NCBI GenBank assembly: GCA_951406725.2 | Contig: OX597829.1 | Location: 7,068,001-7,132,000 of the forward strand | Direction: 5' to 3' | DNA: 64,000 nt | Origin: Octopus vulgaris | Lineage: Eukaryota | Part shown: positions 1 through 13,415 of the stretch, one piece after another | Position numbering within the stretch: position 1 is the stretch's first letter | Layout: the number at the start of each line of letters is the position of its first letter | Translations under genes and position numbers: made by a program | The notes under the pieces: model-generated | Databases searched by the model: none | What the model was told of the DNA's origin: nothing | Seen by the model: only the letters and a program-made list of their open reading frames with translations

Positions 1-339
1 CCACCGCTCCCATCATTAATAGTTGCATGACGAAAAGCATTTTGGGGGTAGGCAACGGAAATAGTGAAACCAGAAGCAACAACCAGGCCACCTCCACTTG
101 TGGCAAGTCCGGAAACACCACCGCCAATAGCACAGCTACCACCAAAACACACATTAATAATTCGGAAATAGTGGCCATCATAATTTCCATACAAAATGGA
201 CAGTTTCGCACAAATATGCCCCCTACTGGAGCAAACTGATACGTCAGAAAATGTTTTGTGGTACCAAAGAATGGGGAAGCAATATTTCTAAACACACCAT
301 GTAAATATACTACTACTACCACTACTGCTGCTGCTGCTA

Positions 340-1360
340 TTGCTATTGCTTCATCATAATTTTCTTCTTTCCTTTATTTCTTATTTTTCATCATTTCTGT
401 TTATTTTTGACGTTACTAGAAAAAACTATTTTCTACAAGTGTATTTCATTGAAAACCAGGAGACTGAAGCGAACGAAGTAGTTCATTTAGAGAAATACCT
501 GCTATCATTCTTAGATCATGGGAGGCGATTTAGTACGGATGCGGTGAGATTCCCAAATGAAGAATCAGCCACAGGAAGTGCAACCAAAACACTCAAAAGT
601 GAGTTATTTCAGCTACTTCCGACAGTTTACAGAATAAAGCAACAATCTCCTAGTGCAGAAAATGCGAAAGACATGGAAATGGAATTATTGATACAAACTA
701 ATGAGAAAGTATCGAAGACATCCTTGGTCTAATCAACTTCCCTAATTGCACACAGCTATTGGTAGCAGACGGGGGTTGAAAGCCGGAATTCTACATTTCT
801 AGCAAGACGAACTACTTAAAGGCTGTTTAACCCGCACAAAGAAAACGAAAATCACCTGTACAGACACCTTAAGCACAACAACGACACAAGCATCAAAAGA
901 AACAACAGTGACACCAACAACAACAACAGCATCAGCGTCAACAGTAGAAGCATCCAGAACAATGACAGCATCAACAGAAGGAGCAGCAGGAGAGATACAT
1001 TTCAACATCAGCACAGGTATCACACCCGAAAAGAACAGAGCTATCATCTTCAACATCTTTACTCAGAGAAGCCTCACCTGCGTCAATCGACCATACCACC
1101 AGCTTAGAAATGTCCAATTGTGAAGACACCCCTACCTCCGATCACATAAAACTTCGATTGTAATAACTCATCAAGCGTCAAGAATAGATTGAGGAAACAG
1201 CCAGAATGATTCCTGGTGAAAGGATTAAAAAAAGAAACGAAATTAAAAGTGCGGCACAAGACTAAAAACAAAGATATCAGAGGATACACATATATCAACA
1301 AACCAGTACAAACCTGCACAACCCTACAAACATCTCCAACAGAATTACAAACAACTCAAC
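340..1360 (+). mobile_element. Degenerate ORF1 remnant of an L1/Tx1-like LINE
   Basis: The peptide KYLLSFLDHGRRFSTDAVRFPNEESATGSATKTLKSELFQLLPTVY aligns by eye with IKYLTRGGKFATIEAMLKSTQRAREYSTRILQSGNILFLPLY (25743-26036 minus) and YIARGMKYGTVKVKFASEEEARSHS..DKLIFIPIY (~11500-11620 minus). The last lies upstream of an APE endonuclease. Boundaries are approximate. Confidence 0.45.
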
Positions 1361-1452
1361 AAACGAAAACACTTCTATATTTAAGAGATGAGGAACTGTA
1401 GACATTAGTTACATTATTTGATGGATATTTGTCCTCACCTAGTTTGTTGCTA

Positions 1453-1493
1453 ACACGTTTCGGCTGATATACCCTCCAGCCTTCATCAGGTGT
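1453..1493 (-). ncRNA. Minimal type I hammerhead-like motif (stem III/cleavage site partly deleted)
   Basis: ACAC-CTGATGA-A-GGCTG-(10 nt)-CAGCC-GAAA-C-GTGT. Stem II is perfect and stem I is ACAC/GTGT. It lacks 3 nt relative to the other copy. Confidence 0.6.
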
Positions 1494-1542
1494 CTTGGGG
1501 AAATTTCGAACCTGGGTTCTCATTCCTAAGGTATTTTTAGAT

Positions 1543-1741
<199 letters not shown>

Positions 1742-1765
1742 TTAACCACTACGCAATATGCCCGT

Positions 1766-1831
1766 GGGCATATGGCGTAGTGGTTAAGAGCGCAGGCTAC
1801 TAAGCCCCAAATTTCGAGTTCGATTCCAGGC

Positions 1832-1907
<76 letters not shown>

Positions 1908-2050
1908 TCGAAAAATACCTTAAGAATGAGAACCCAGGTTCGAAATTTCCCCAAGACACCTGATGAATGCTGGAAGATATATCAACCGAAAAGTTGTGTT
2001 AACACACAAGATGAAGGCAAATATTCGTAAAATGTAAATAATGTAATAAT
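1766..2050 (+). mobile_element. tRNA-headed, hammerhead-bearing short element, right copy
   Basis: Pol III A-box TGGCGTAGTGG (1773-1783), B-box GAGTTCGATTCC (1816-1827), (AAT)n 1832-1905, and a body containing an HHR-like core at 1956-1999. Confidence 0.8.
1956..1999 (+). ncRNA. Minimal type I hammerhead-like motif (stem II mutated)
   Basis: ACAC-CTGATGA-A-TGCTG..CAACC-GAAA-AG-T-T-GTGT. The consensus with the left copy gives GAAACGTT, i.e. a palindromic ACGT stem III typical of PLE minimal HHRs. Confidence 0.6.
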
Positions 2051-2126
2051 GTAAACGAAAACACATAGCAATCCAGTCCAACATGAACAGCAATACCAAG
2101 GTATCATCAATTGCACGGCTATAGAC

Positions 2127-2179
<53 letters not shown>

Positions 2180-2187
2180 ATGAAAAA

Positions 2188-2218
<31 letters not shown>

Positions 2219-2278
2219 TTCACACACACACACACAAACATATACACATAAATACACACACTTGTGTGTATATGCATG

Positions 2279-2320
<42 letters not shown>

Positions 2321-2352
2321 TTATAATATATGGATATATATATGTGTATACA

Positions 2353-2388
<36 letters not shown>

Positions 2389-2389
2389 A

Positions 2390-2602
2390 AGTTAATCCAA
2401 ACAAGAAAGCACAAAAAACACACCTACGCGAGGACGTGGAACAAATATAGTATTATTGGACGCTCAGGAAAGAAGGAAAGAAGGAAGGTTTAACGTTTCG
2501 AGCGGAGCTCTTCGTCGGAAACATAGGAGAAGGAAGGATCCAGAGAAGGGAAGACAGAGGAAAAAAAATCGCCAACGGTGCACACGCGGTCACATTTTGA
2601 AT
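2390..2602 (-). mobile_element. Penelope-like terminal repeat (pLTR) fragment with minimal hammerhead motif
   Basis: Minus strand 2488-2522 reads GTTT-CCGACGA-A-GAGC-TCC-GCTC-GAAA-CG-T-T-AAAC. This is the same architecture as 25332-25367, which lies downstream of PLE coding remnants. CGCTCAGGAA is shared with 4768-4777. Confidence 0.65.
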
Positions 2603-2719
2603 GTATATATATACATACATACATACATACATACATACATACATACACACACATACATACATACATACATACATACATACATACATACACACACATACAT
2701 AGATACATACATACATACA

Positions 2720-2767
<48 letters not shown>

Positions 2768-3135
2768 ACGTGGCTCTCCGTCGGTTGCGACGATGAGAGT
2801 TCCAGTTGATGCGATCAACGGAACAGCCTGCTCGTAAAATTAACGTGCAAGTGGCTGAGCAATCCGCAGATATGTAGACCCTTAACGTAGTTCTCTGGGA
2901 GATTCAGCGTAACACAGAGTTGTACCTTTGAAATAAAGGTACAGCAGAAACAGGAAGAATGAGTGAGACAAAGTTATGGTGAAAGAGTACAGCGGGTCAC
3001 ACCACCACCACCCGCCGGATCCTCGTGTAGCTTTAGGTATTTTCACTCAATAATCACAATTCCTGGTCTGGCAATCAAAACCGCGATCCTACGACCGCTA
3101 GTGCGCTGCCTTAACTAATGGGCCATTGCGCCTCC
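2768..3135 (-). mobile_element. tRNA-derived SINE (family D here)
   Basis: Minus-strand head TGGAGGCGCAATGGCCCATTAGTTAAGGCAGCG...GGTTTTGATTGC resembles A/B boxes. A related body fragment occurs at 45245-45340 (+). Confidence 0.7.
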
Positions 3136-3215
3136 ACACACACACATATATATACATGCAAATATATATGTAAATTTTGTATACTGGTGGACATGTCACT
3201 TTATGCATTCATCAG

Positions 3216-3740
<525 letters not shown>

Positions 3741-3781
3741 ACACACATACCACACACACACATACACACACACACACACAC

Positions 3782-3829
<48 letters not shown>

Positions 3830-4539
3830 CACACATACAAACACTTGTGTGTATATGCATGTCTATATTATATCTATATATCTTTATATTATATATACTT
3901 GTATGAACGTATGCACATATCTATGTGTATATATGCATGCATGCATTCATATGTGTATATATACATGCATGCATTCATATGTTTGCATTTGAGCATGTGT
4001 TTTTCATGTATTTATAGATATGGTCGTGTTTTATGTCGATGTATTTTCTGTGTACGTTTTATGACAATATGTATCGTTTTTTTTTTTCTGTGTATTCACA
4101 CACACAGAAGAGTACACACACACACTCATTGTCTATCACCATAATGTATGCCACCACTTTACCTTCTACTCCAACATTTACGCCTCGATAATTGCAAAAG
4201 GTCAATCTGGCCAAAGTCTTGATATAGAAAAGAAATTTATTGGTCCTCGTAAACACTTTCTGTTTCTGATTTGGCTTTGCCTTGTGTTCTCTCTTTCTCT
4301 CTCTCTCTCCTACTCTCTCACTCTCTCTCACTTTCTCTTTCTATCTTCCCCTCTCTCTATCACTCCCTAGATAGCTCTCATTGTGTTGGATGATGTATCT
4401 GTCATTCTATCTCTATTTCCTGACAACTTTCTTGTTCTTTTTTGTATCTTTGTGTACCTCTTTTTTACTTCTTATCATATATATATAAACATATATATAA
4501 GGAGAGAAAGAAAGAGAGAGAGAGAGAGAGAGAGTAGAG

Positions 4540-4794
4540 TCCACAGTGATCCGTAGGTGGGAGAGGTGCAGCCGGAGGGTAAATGTCCAAAAGAGAATCC
4601 GTAAAGGGTAGATAGGTAGAAAGTCCAGTGGAGAATTTCGTGGGTGATGAGACGAGACAGGATCAACTGGTGCGACCACGTGAGCACGTGATATATGGGG
4701 AGAGTTCACGAAAAAAACAAAAGACGAAGACAAGTGGTGTACAAATCAAGCAGATGTATTAGTATAACGCTCAGGAATAGAAAAAGTCTTTCGC

Positions 4795-4800
<6 letters not shown>
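4540..4800 (-). mobile_element. Penelope-like pLTR/UTR fragment
   Basis: The reverse complement of 4710-4795 (AAAGACTTTTTCTATTCCTGAGCGTTATACTAAT...CTGCTTG...TGTCTTCGT) matches 25364-25450. Confidence 0.55.
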
Positions 4801-4835
<35 letters not shown>

Positions 4836-5244
4836 TAATAAATAAAATATATGCATACATACAAACATATATGTACGTACCTACATCTACATGTATATAT
4901 ACATGCATATATAAATATATATACGTGTGTACAGGACACCACAAATAGACGTAGAACTCAACGAGAAACGAAAACGTAAAAACAGCATGGAACGGACCAT
5001 TTTTTTAACAACGAAAAAACAGAGTACAAGACAACTACACAAGGAAAAATCCCCTTCATCAGCTGTCCCTAGTTCAACTCCAGTGTGTTTCGAAGGTGAG
5101 GACAGAACACGTCTCGTCGAAATAGTCCTTCCTGCGAAAGAATTAAATAAAATTCTTTTGTAGAGGGATAAAAACAAGGAAAAAAATGTGAGAAAAACAG
5201 GACGTAAAAACAATACAATTAAAAACAAATACAAAATATATACA

Positions 5245-5822
5245 AATGGAGTTTAACGCAGGTATAATTCACATGCTTTTACTTCCGACACATGTTTCGA
5301 AGATTTTACTGATATTATTCCAAAGTTCATTTAAGTAATATCTATAATTATGTATAATTTAAACATTAATTTTCTTTTTATAGTTAACAATGACTAAAAA
5401 AATATCCCTCCTCTTTCTATAGGCTACTTCTAACGTTATATCATATAGCGTTTTTTCAAACAATATTAATAGCGTTCAGTAAATCACTATACATATCCAT
5501 CATTTTCTGTTAAAATGTCTTATTGACGAGTTGTATTTCTTGAATTCCTTGAAGAGAAGATTACATTGTTTTACACCATTTATTCCTTTGGAATAATATC
5601 AGAGAAATCTTCGAAACATGTGTCGGAAGTAAAAGTATTTGAATTATACCTGCGTTCAACTCTATTTATTTATATATTATACAAACAATTCCACGTAAAT
5701 CAGAAGATTCTACCTTTAAAAACAAGGAGATACAACCTCTTTACTTGTGTGATTTTTTGTTACCCTGGTATCTATTCATCTATTTTTTCCGTGTTAATTG
5801 TTAACAAGGGAAACATACACTC
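5245..5822 (+). mobile_element. PLE-type inverted terminal-repeat pair with hammerhead-like motif
   Basis: 5245-5305 is the inverted copy of 5605-5668. The motif TTCC-TTGAAGA-GAAGATT-(long loop)-AATCTTC-GAAA-CATGTG-TC-GGAA lies at 5545-5628. Confidence 0.6.
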
Positions 5823-5843
5823 ATCTACATATATCTGTATATG

Positions 5844-5875
<32 letters not shown>

Positions 5876-5967
5876 CATGTGTATGTATGTGTGTATGTAC
5901 ATACACACACGCGCGTGCACGCACAAACACACAAACACACACACACGAACACACATATATTTATATA

Positions 5968-6303
5968 TTCTGGAACCCCGTTCGGTCACAGACCATGGGA
6001 TTGCACCTAGAAAGTTAGCCTCCCTGGCACAAGTCCGGGCAAGGTTGTTTATGGAAGATCAGGAGTCGCCCATGCATACCGGCCACCCCCCTACACGCCA
6101 CCAGTGTTATCCAAAGGAAAGGCAAAGGTTGATACAGCTTGGCACCTGTGACGTCACAACTGATTTCTACAGCTGAGTGAAATGGAAGAACGTGAAGTAA
6201 AATGTCTTGCCCAAGAACACAACACGTAGCCCGGTCCGGGATTCGAGCTCACAACCTCATGATCGTAAGCTCGACGCTCTAACCACTGAGCAATGCGCCT
6301 TCA
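5968..6303 (-). mobile_element. tRNA-derived SINE (family C)
   Basis: Minus-strand head GGCGCATTGCTCAGTGGTTAGAGCGTCG...GCTCGAATCCCG, followed by a CORE-like TTGGGCAAG. A second copy lies at 16561-16867. Confidence 0.85.
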
Positions 6304-6527
6304 CATATACATACATATATACATACACACACACATATATATATATACATGTATGTATATATAAAGCAAATAAGTCACAGGTATGTCAGGTACTTACTCA
6401 GTTCCTTGTTATTTATATGCTTTTTATTCACCTAACTTCGAGCTGTGCCGTCAATACCCGAGTGACTTCGTGCCTCAAGTTTAGAACCTAATTCACTGAA
6501 TCTTAATTATTTCTTATATATGTGTGT

Positions 6528-6755
6528 GTGAGCGCCTTTGTGTCTGTTTGTCACCCACCACCACTTGACAACCGGTGTTGGTGTGTTTGCGTCCCCGATT
6601 GTTAGCGGTTCGGCAAAAAAACCGATAGAGTAAGTAGCAGGCTTTAAAAATAAGTAAGTGCTGGGGTCGATCCATTAGACTAAAAAGGAAAACTCAAGGT
6701 GGTGCCCCAGCATGGCCACAAGCTAATGACTGAAACAAGTAAAATAATGAAATAA
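6528..6755 (+). mobile_element. SINE family B, 3' half
   Basis: CTTGACAACCGGTGTTGGTGTGTTT...GGTGCCCCAGCATGGCCAC..TGACTGAAACAAGTAAAA, matching the 3' halves of the copies at 6763 and 20022. Confidence 0.85.
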
Positions 6756-6762
6756 TATATAT

Positions 6763-6913
6763 AGACGCAGGCGTAGCTATCTGGTAAGAAGCTTGATTCC
6801 AAACCACTTGGTTCTGAGTTCAGTCTCACTGCGGGGCACATTGGGCAAGAGTTTTCTTTAGCCTCGGGCTGACCAAAGCCTGTGAGTGGATTTGGTAGAC
6901 GGAAACTGAAAAA

Positions 6914-6946
<33 letters not shown>

Positions 6947-7172
6947 TGTGCGCGTATGTGTGTGTGTGTGTGTGTATTTCTTTGTTCCCCACCATCACTT
7001 GACAACGGATGTTGGTACGTTTACCTCTCCGTAACTTAGCCGTTGGGCAATAGTGACCGATAGAATTAGTACTAGGTTCACAAAGAATAAGTCATAGAAT
7101 CGATTCGTTCGACAAAAGGCAATGCTCCAGCGTAGCCACAGTCAAGTGACTGAAACTAGTAAAAGAAAATAT
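6763..7172 (+). mobile_element. SINE family B, full length with internal (TG)n
   Basis: tRNA-like head with GAGTTCAGTCTC B-box, CORE-like TTGGGCAAG, internal microsatellite, and a LINE-like tail. Confidence 0.85.
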
Positions 7173-7179
7173 GAATATA

Positions 7180-7370
7180 TCTTACTTGTTTCAGTTATTA
7201 GACTGCGGCCATTCTGGGGCACCACCTTGAAGAATTTTAGTAGAATGTATCGACCCAGTACTTAGTTTTTTCTTAAACTCTGGACATTCTATCGTCTTTA
7301 TTTGCCGATCTCTGTAGAGACGTAAACACAACAGCACCGGTTGTCAAGCGGTGGTGGTCGGACAAACATT
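7180..7370 (-). mobile_element. SINE family B, 3' half, inverted tail-to-tail with the previous copy
   Basis: CTTACTTGTTTCAGTTATTAGACTGCGGCCATTCTGGGGCACCACC is the reverse complement of the family tail. Confidence 0.8.
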
Positions 7371-7546
7371 AAATGACATTTAGTCGGAAAATAGTTCATA
7401 TACACTTTTTTCATATATTAAGTTTCTCATTTAAGACGTTTGATATTTTCTAAAATAGTAAAATGTTGTGTTCTGTAGTTGTCTTATGATGCACTTGTTA
7501 GTATAAATTTATATAAGTTTATATAAGTGGATATGAACGAATAAAC

Positions 7547-7750
7547 TCGACTGTGGTGGAATTTAACTCAGAAAGTAGCGGTAGACGAAATACCCATTTC
7601 TTAATTACCAACAAGGGGCTAAACATAGAAGGGACAAACAAGGACAGACATAGGTATTAAGTCGATTACCTCGACCCCAGTGCGTAACTGGTGCTTAATT
7701 TATCGACCCCTAAAGGATGAAAGGTAAAGTCGACCTCGGCGGAATTTGAA
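7547..7750 (-). mobile_element. SINE family A dimer-junction fragment, near-identical to 12677-12880
   Basis: 204 bp with 3 mismatches to 12677-12880 by manual comparison. Confidence 0.9.
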
Positions 7751-8161
7751 GTTTATGGTTATTCAGTATTTTATTATGGTATACATATAACATAATGAAT
7801 TAAAGTGTGTATAAACTATTGCTTTTTTTCTCAAAAATAATTCCCATCTAATATTCATTATTAAATCATTGTTTTTCAAAACCCGAATGCTAGTTCTCAG
7901 GTTAGTGTTGAATCGTTTTTTTAATACTTTAAAGGCACAGTTATAATGATAATATCTGTTTTAAATTGATTTCCTGTTAAGCCGATGTAATTTATATCTA
8001 CCTGATTAATGTTAGTTGTGAGAGTGGCTTCATAGATAATGGGCAATTTCTGGACACTTGCCACGGATGGGACATACGTTTTTTGAATAATAAGTGCGTT
8101 TTGAGTTACTAATATTATTTCTGTTCAAGTAAGCTGTATTAATTTCTAATTTTATTATAAA

Positions 8162-8335
8162 AGCATCGAGTTGGAAGACACACTAGAGCGCAGAAAAATT
8201 CAATGCAGAATCTATTTCGCCTTCTTGCATTCTGAGTTCATATTACGCCAGAGTCAAGTTTGTCTTTCATTCTTCCAAAACCTATAAAATAAAGTACCAC
8301 TTCAATACTGGAGTCGATGGTATCGACTACCTTAA
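8162..8335 (+). mobile_element. Degenerate SINE family A
   Basis: CGAGTTGGAAGA...TCTGAGTTCATATT...TTTGTCTTTCATTC...AAGTACCAC...ACTGGAGTCGAT resembles the copy at 10411. Confidence 0.6.
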
Positions 8336-8777
8336 TCACCATAATATTGGCGTCTAAATAAAACATCATTAGTATTTACTAACATTATGTTACTGATGTT
8401 TGTTTCTATCATCACCATATTTTGATACAGTTTAGGTAAAAAAAAATTTGTATATTTATGTTCAGGGGGCAATTGAAATAATGGTTATTAGAGTTACAAA
8501 TTGATGTATTTGTGTTATTATCTAGAGATATTTTTAAAATCATAAAATCACACACCTCACACACCCTAGGTAAAGGAAAGTTAGAGTAAGGATATAATGA
8601 ACCACATACAGTCAGAGCCAAAACTTCGAAAGATACAATATTCCCGGATCATAAAAACAATTGTATTTCATCTTTGGGTGCAAATAGTGAAACATAATGA
8701 GCAAGAAATCAATCAAAATAAGGTACACAGTACAAACGAATTTCTTTGACACACAATCATAAATAATAAGAATATAA

Positions 8778-9290
<513 letters not shown>

Positions 9291-9299
9291 AATATTTTC

Positions 9300-9500
9300 T
9301 ACTACTGATACAAGGCTGGAAATATTAGGTGAATGTATCAGTCGATTACATCTACATAGTACTAATCTGTGGTTTCTTATTTCATCGAGTTGGAGAGAAT
9401 TGAAAGCAAAATGACCGAAGCGGAATTTGGAATACCGAAAAGACGGACGACATGCCACTTAGGATCTTGTCCGGTGTGATAACGATTCTGTCAGACAGCT
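9300..9500 (-). mobile_element. Degenerate SINE family A
   Basis: CAAGGCTGGAAAT...GTCGATTACATC...GCGGAATTTGGAA...AACGATTCTG resembles 12560-12960. Confidence 0.55.
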
Positions 9501-9539
9501 GAAAATATCTCAACAAGATTGTGAAGCTTTTGCCACCCG

Positions 9540-12120
9540 TCTACTTTCCGCTAGCACTACTCAGTCCAAACGTGGGTCTAAGACGGCATTTCAGTCGCCA
9601 ACTTAACTCTAATGGTCGGGACGTTCCTAGGAAAACCTCCAGACGTCTGAAAAATCCGGCTGCCCTGCTTATCTCAGAATATAAACAGCCACCACTCTGA
9701 AGACATTCCCGTCACTACTGTTCAAATCCAGGACCACCAGCTTACCTTCAGGTCCAGGAAGATAGTTCTTATTTTGAGATTCTGGCCTCTCCGGATTAAC
9801 ACTGTGGTTGCACCCCACACCCATTCACGGTTGACATGGACATAAATATATCTCACATCCACCGAAAATGGGCATAAAAGCATCTCGGTCAGAGAGTCTG
9901 GTTTCACTGATAGCCACTATAATAACACTTAGTGACCTAAGATCGTTCAGTAGATGGCCTTGTTTCCAAGGCAAAACCAGGCCAAGTGCTTTTGCACTGC
10001 CTGCTCCATGCAAGGCCATGTTAGATTAAGGTATAGAAGCGGAAGAGTAATTTATTTGGCAAGTAGGGTTATGGATGTTCCGTCTCTATAGGCATATGTA
10101 GGTGTTTGCACGAGCAGTTCTTTATATATTCTTTATATGTCTCTCTAGAATATATTCAGGGTATTTTGTTTTGATAGTATTGTATGTGTGTTGTGATTTT
10201 TGTATGATTTTCATGCGTGTTGATGTGTTGATGTCTTGGTGTGATACAACCGCTGTGTGTGTGTGGTGTCTGTATATTTATATATGTGATTCATCAGGTT
10301 TAAATAGTTCGTGTTTATTGCTGCGTAATTCAAAATGTAACTTGTGCGTGTGTTGAGATGAGAGATCTGAAAGTTGTGTGGTCTCTGTGATGGTGGTGGT
10401 GATTCTGATAAGGCATCGAGCTGGCAGAAACGTTAGCACGCTGGGCGAAATGCTTAGCGGTATTTCGTCTGCCGTTACGTTCTGAGTCCAAATTCCGCCG
10501 AGGTCGACTTTGCCTTTCACCCTTTCGAGGTCGATTAAATAAGTACCAGTTACGCACTGGGGTCGATATGATCGACTTAATCCGTTTGTCTGTCCTTGTT
10601 TGTCCCCTCTGTGTTTAGCCCCTTCTGGGCAGTAAAGTAATAAGTGGTGATCCTGATAGTGATGGAGATGATGTTATTGGCGGTGGAGGTATGGCCGCTT
10701 TTGGTGAAGCTATTTAAGATATTGTTTTCGGCTGTATCTTGCCCACCTGGTCATACCTGTATCTTCCCCACCTGGTCATACCTGCCAGTTTTTTGTGTTG
10801 ATGTCGGTGTTACTCTGTTCCTTTGTTCGATCTTCCCACCTTTTGCCATTTACGCTCTTCGTGCTTCTCCATATTGCAAAACTTATCTGATTGCTCTGAA
10901 CTCAGGAGGAGCAAATCTAGCGAAGATTTTTGAGATTTTTCAGTTGATAGATTTGTTGTTGTTGTTATTTGGGTAGATTCTGATGATGTGATTTTTTTTC
11001 TGCTACGGTTGTTGGTGATTTTTCTGCTGTTGTTTCTTGGTGTTGCAGAAACTGCTGTCAGTACTTCTGTGATTGCAATTGCTTCTAGTATTATTGTTGT
11101 TGTTTTTACAGCTATATTGGCCACCTACTTTTGTTGGTGCTGTTTTTGTTGTGGTTGTGATAGTGTTGATGTCGGCAAAATTGGGGGGACTCCCTTTTCT
11201 CTTTTATGCTGGACAGAAAGCTTTGAGATGATTTGTGTCCGATGATTTAGTTTTCTGACCTCATAAAGTCACGTGAAGCTTTGTACCATCTGGTAGGCTG
11301 ATAAAGTCCGGCATAATCTCGACACTTGAATGCTCTGCGTGTATTAGTAACCACATACTCTGTCCTAACCACTTTTGCTTTTGTATGCTCTGTATTCGCA
11401 GAATAGTGGTTTTATCTTCTATGTCGAAGGGAATCGCAGCTACCAACCAGCAGTTGTTTATTTCTAACTGTACTCTAATTATATATAATTTTCCAATAAG
11501 GTAGATGGGGATGAAGATAAGTTTGTCACTCATTAGGAGTGGCTATTGAGTGACTTCTGGCCTCCTCTTCTGAGGCGAACTTCACTTTGACGGTCCCATA
11601 TTTCATCCCCCTGGCTATATATATTTTCCTCTCCCAAACTGGTCGTAAACATTTTTTCAATTTGCTGGTGTACTGTCTGCTCTACTTTACTACTTTTGGC
11701 TCTAATTGTTGTACATAGAAATGTATGCAAATTAAATTTTTGATGGACATTTCGAGAAATATTTGGTACCATATTTCTCCATTTCTCTAACTTACATTTA
11801 GCACTTTCATTCATAAAAATGCCTTCGCTTATTTGTGTTGTCGCTTGCGCAATATCGAACTCGCAAGGCGTAGACTTGCGTAGTTTGCTTCTTTGCTGCG
11901 GTCACGGTAGAGTGGCAGTGTTCTCGCTTGTATTGTTGCTTTTTGTTGTCATTGATTCCACTTGTTCCCACGATAGTGAAGGTGGTGGTAAAAGCAAAGG
12001 AAAATTACCTTCATAAACTTCATGTGCGCAATTATTGTTGCGTTTGGTGCTGCTAAAAAAACCAACACTGCCTTCCAAGTGTCTTCGCTGTTCTCTTTTC
12101 AGGATAATCGGCCGTCCGTT
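9540..12120 (-). mobile_element. L1/Tx1-like LINE 5' part: ORF1 remnant plus N-terminus of APE endonuclease, disrupted
   Basis: KQGHLLNDLRSLSVIIVAISETRL (APE 'QET' motif), then GATTVLIRR..KIRTIFLD..KLVVLD..FRVVAVY at 9680-9985. Upstream lies an ORF1-like segment at ~11260-11700. Interrupted by the SINE at 10411. Ends are approximate. Confidence 0.65.
10411..10643 (+). mobile_element. tRNA-derived SINE family A with tail type 1 and 15-bp TSD
   Basis: Head GAGCTGGCAGAAACGTTAGC..GAGTCCAAATTCC; central GGTCGACTTTGCCTTTCACCCTTTCGAGGTCGAT..AAGTACCAG. TSD GTGGTGATTCTGATA (10396-10410) / GTGGTGATCCTGATA (10644-10658). Confidence 0.9.
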
Positions 12121-12344
12121 TCATTTTTCTCATTCTCTATCTTAGTATTTCTGCAAAAAAATAAGGGCGTCTTAGCATAAACAAATACCAAAATAGACCC
12201 TGAGCGCTAACCTTCTTCATAAGGTCCTGGTTAGTTTTCCTAAGTAACGATAACAAATATGCAATGTATAACAATGTTTAACAATATAAATAAAAACAAA
12301 TTTACGGGTGTGATGTGCAACACGTGCCGATAGATGAACGACAA

Positions 12345-12475
12345 CACAATAACGACAACAATATCAACAACAACAACATCAACAACAACAAAAATTTAAA
12401 TTATAATAATAGTAATAATAATAATAATAATAATAATAGTAGTAGTAGTAGTAGTAGTAGTATTATTATTATTAT

Positions 12476-12560
<85 letters not shown>
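12345..12560. repeat. (CAA)/(TAA)/(TAG) compound microsatellite
   Basis: Direct observation. Confidence 0.95.
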
Positions 12561-12960
12561 CCTTTCTACGATAGGCACAAGGCCTGAAATTTGTGGGGAG
12601 GGTACAAGTCGATTACATCGATCTCAGTGTTTTACTGTTACTTGATTTATCGACCCCGAAAGAATGAAAGGCAAAGTCGACTGTGGTGGAATTTAACTCA
12701 GAAAGTAGCGGTAGACGAAATACCCATTTCTTAATTACCAACAAGGGGCTAAACATAGAAGGGACAAACAAGGACAGACATAGGTATTAAGTCGATTACA
12801 TCGACCCCAGTGCGTAACTGGTGCTTAATTTATCGACCCCGAAAGAATGAAAGGTAAAGTCGACCTCGGCGGAATTTGAACTCACAACGTAACGGCAGTA
12901 GACGAAATACCGCTAAGCATTTCACCCGGCGTGCTAACGTTTCTGCCAGTTCGCCACCTT
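12560..12960 (-). mobile_element. SINE family A dimer (tail-1 unit followed by tail-2 unit)
   Basis: Two central domains. The junction AAGAAAT|GGGTATTTCGTC is the same arrangement as in 21525-21922. Confidence 0.9.
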
Positions 12961-12999
12961 AATAATACTAACAATAATGATATTAATAGTAATAATAAT

Positions 13000-13415
13000 G
13001 CAGTACCAGGTAGCTGGTCTCATTGCTCCCCATCTTAACTGATTGGAGTGTCATGATATATATGTTTTGTCTTGGTATAAAAGACAGGTTACGACAAATA
13101 TTCTGATAAATTCCACAGATTTGTTTGTCAGTTGTTTGACCGTAACCAGTTGAGCATGTTCCTTGATGGCTGATGATATGGACATCTCTGATCACGAGCA
13201 GAAGTTATGGGAGAGCACCATAGCCATGTGTTGAGGGGGATTGTTTGGAGATTGGATAATTCACCTCTGGAAATATGGGTATTCTGTACATCATTCTTTA
13301 ACATTCCCTATTCAGAGAAGGGCTACTCAACCCGAAGAAAATTCTAACTGGGTCCCACCTGCAAATGTAATGCGTTGTTTATCGTTGTACGAGGTCACCA
13401 TATCGTACATATGAC
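13000..13415. repeat. Unclassified interspersed repeat (probable retroelement fragment)
   Basis: GC-richer block abutting a (TAA)-like tract. I recall a similar octopus repeat, but there is no second copy in the window. Confidence 0.3.

Noticed and set aside
1766-1831. Possible tRNA gene (ACT anticodon-like loop)
   Set aside because: The anticodon and acceptor stems pair poorly and it runs into (AAT)n, so it is better explained as a SINE head.
5050-5100. Minus-strand GAAA...CTGATGA arrangement resembling a permuted hammerhead
   Set aside because: I could not form convincing stems I and III.
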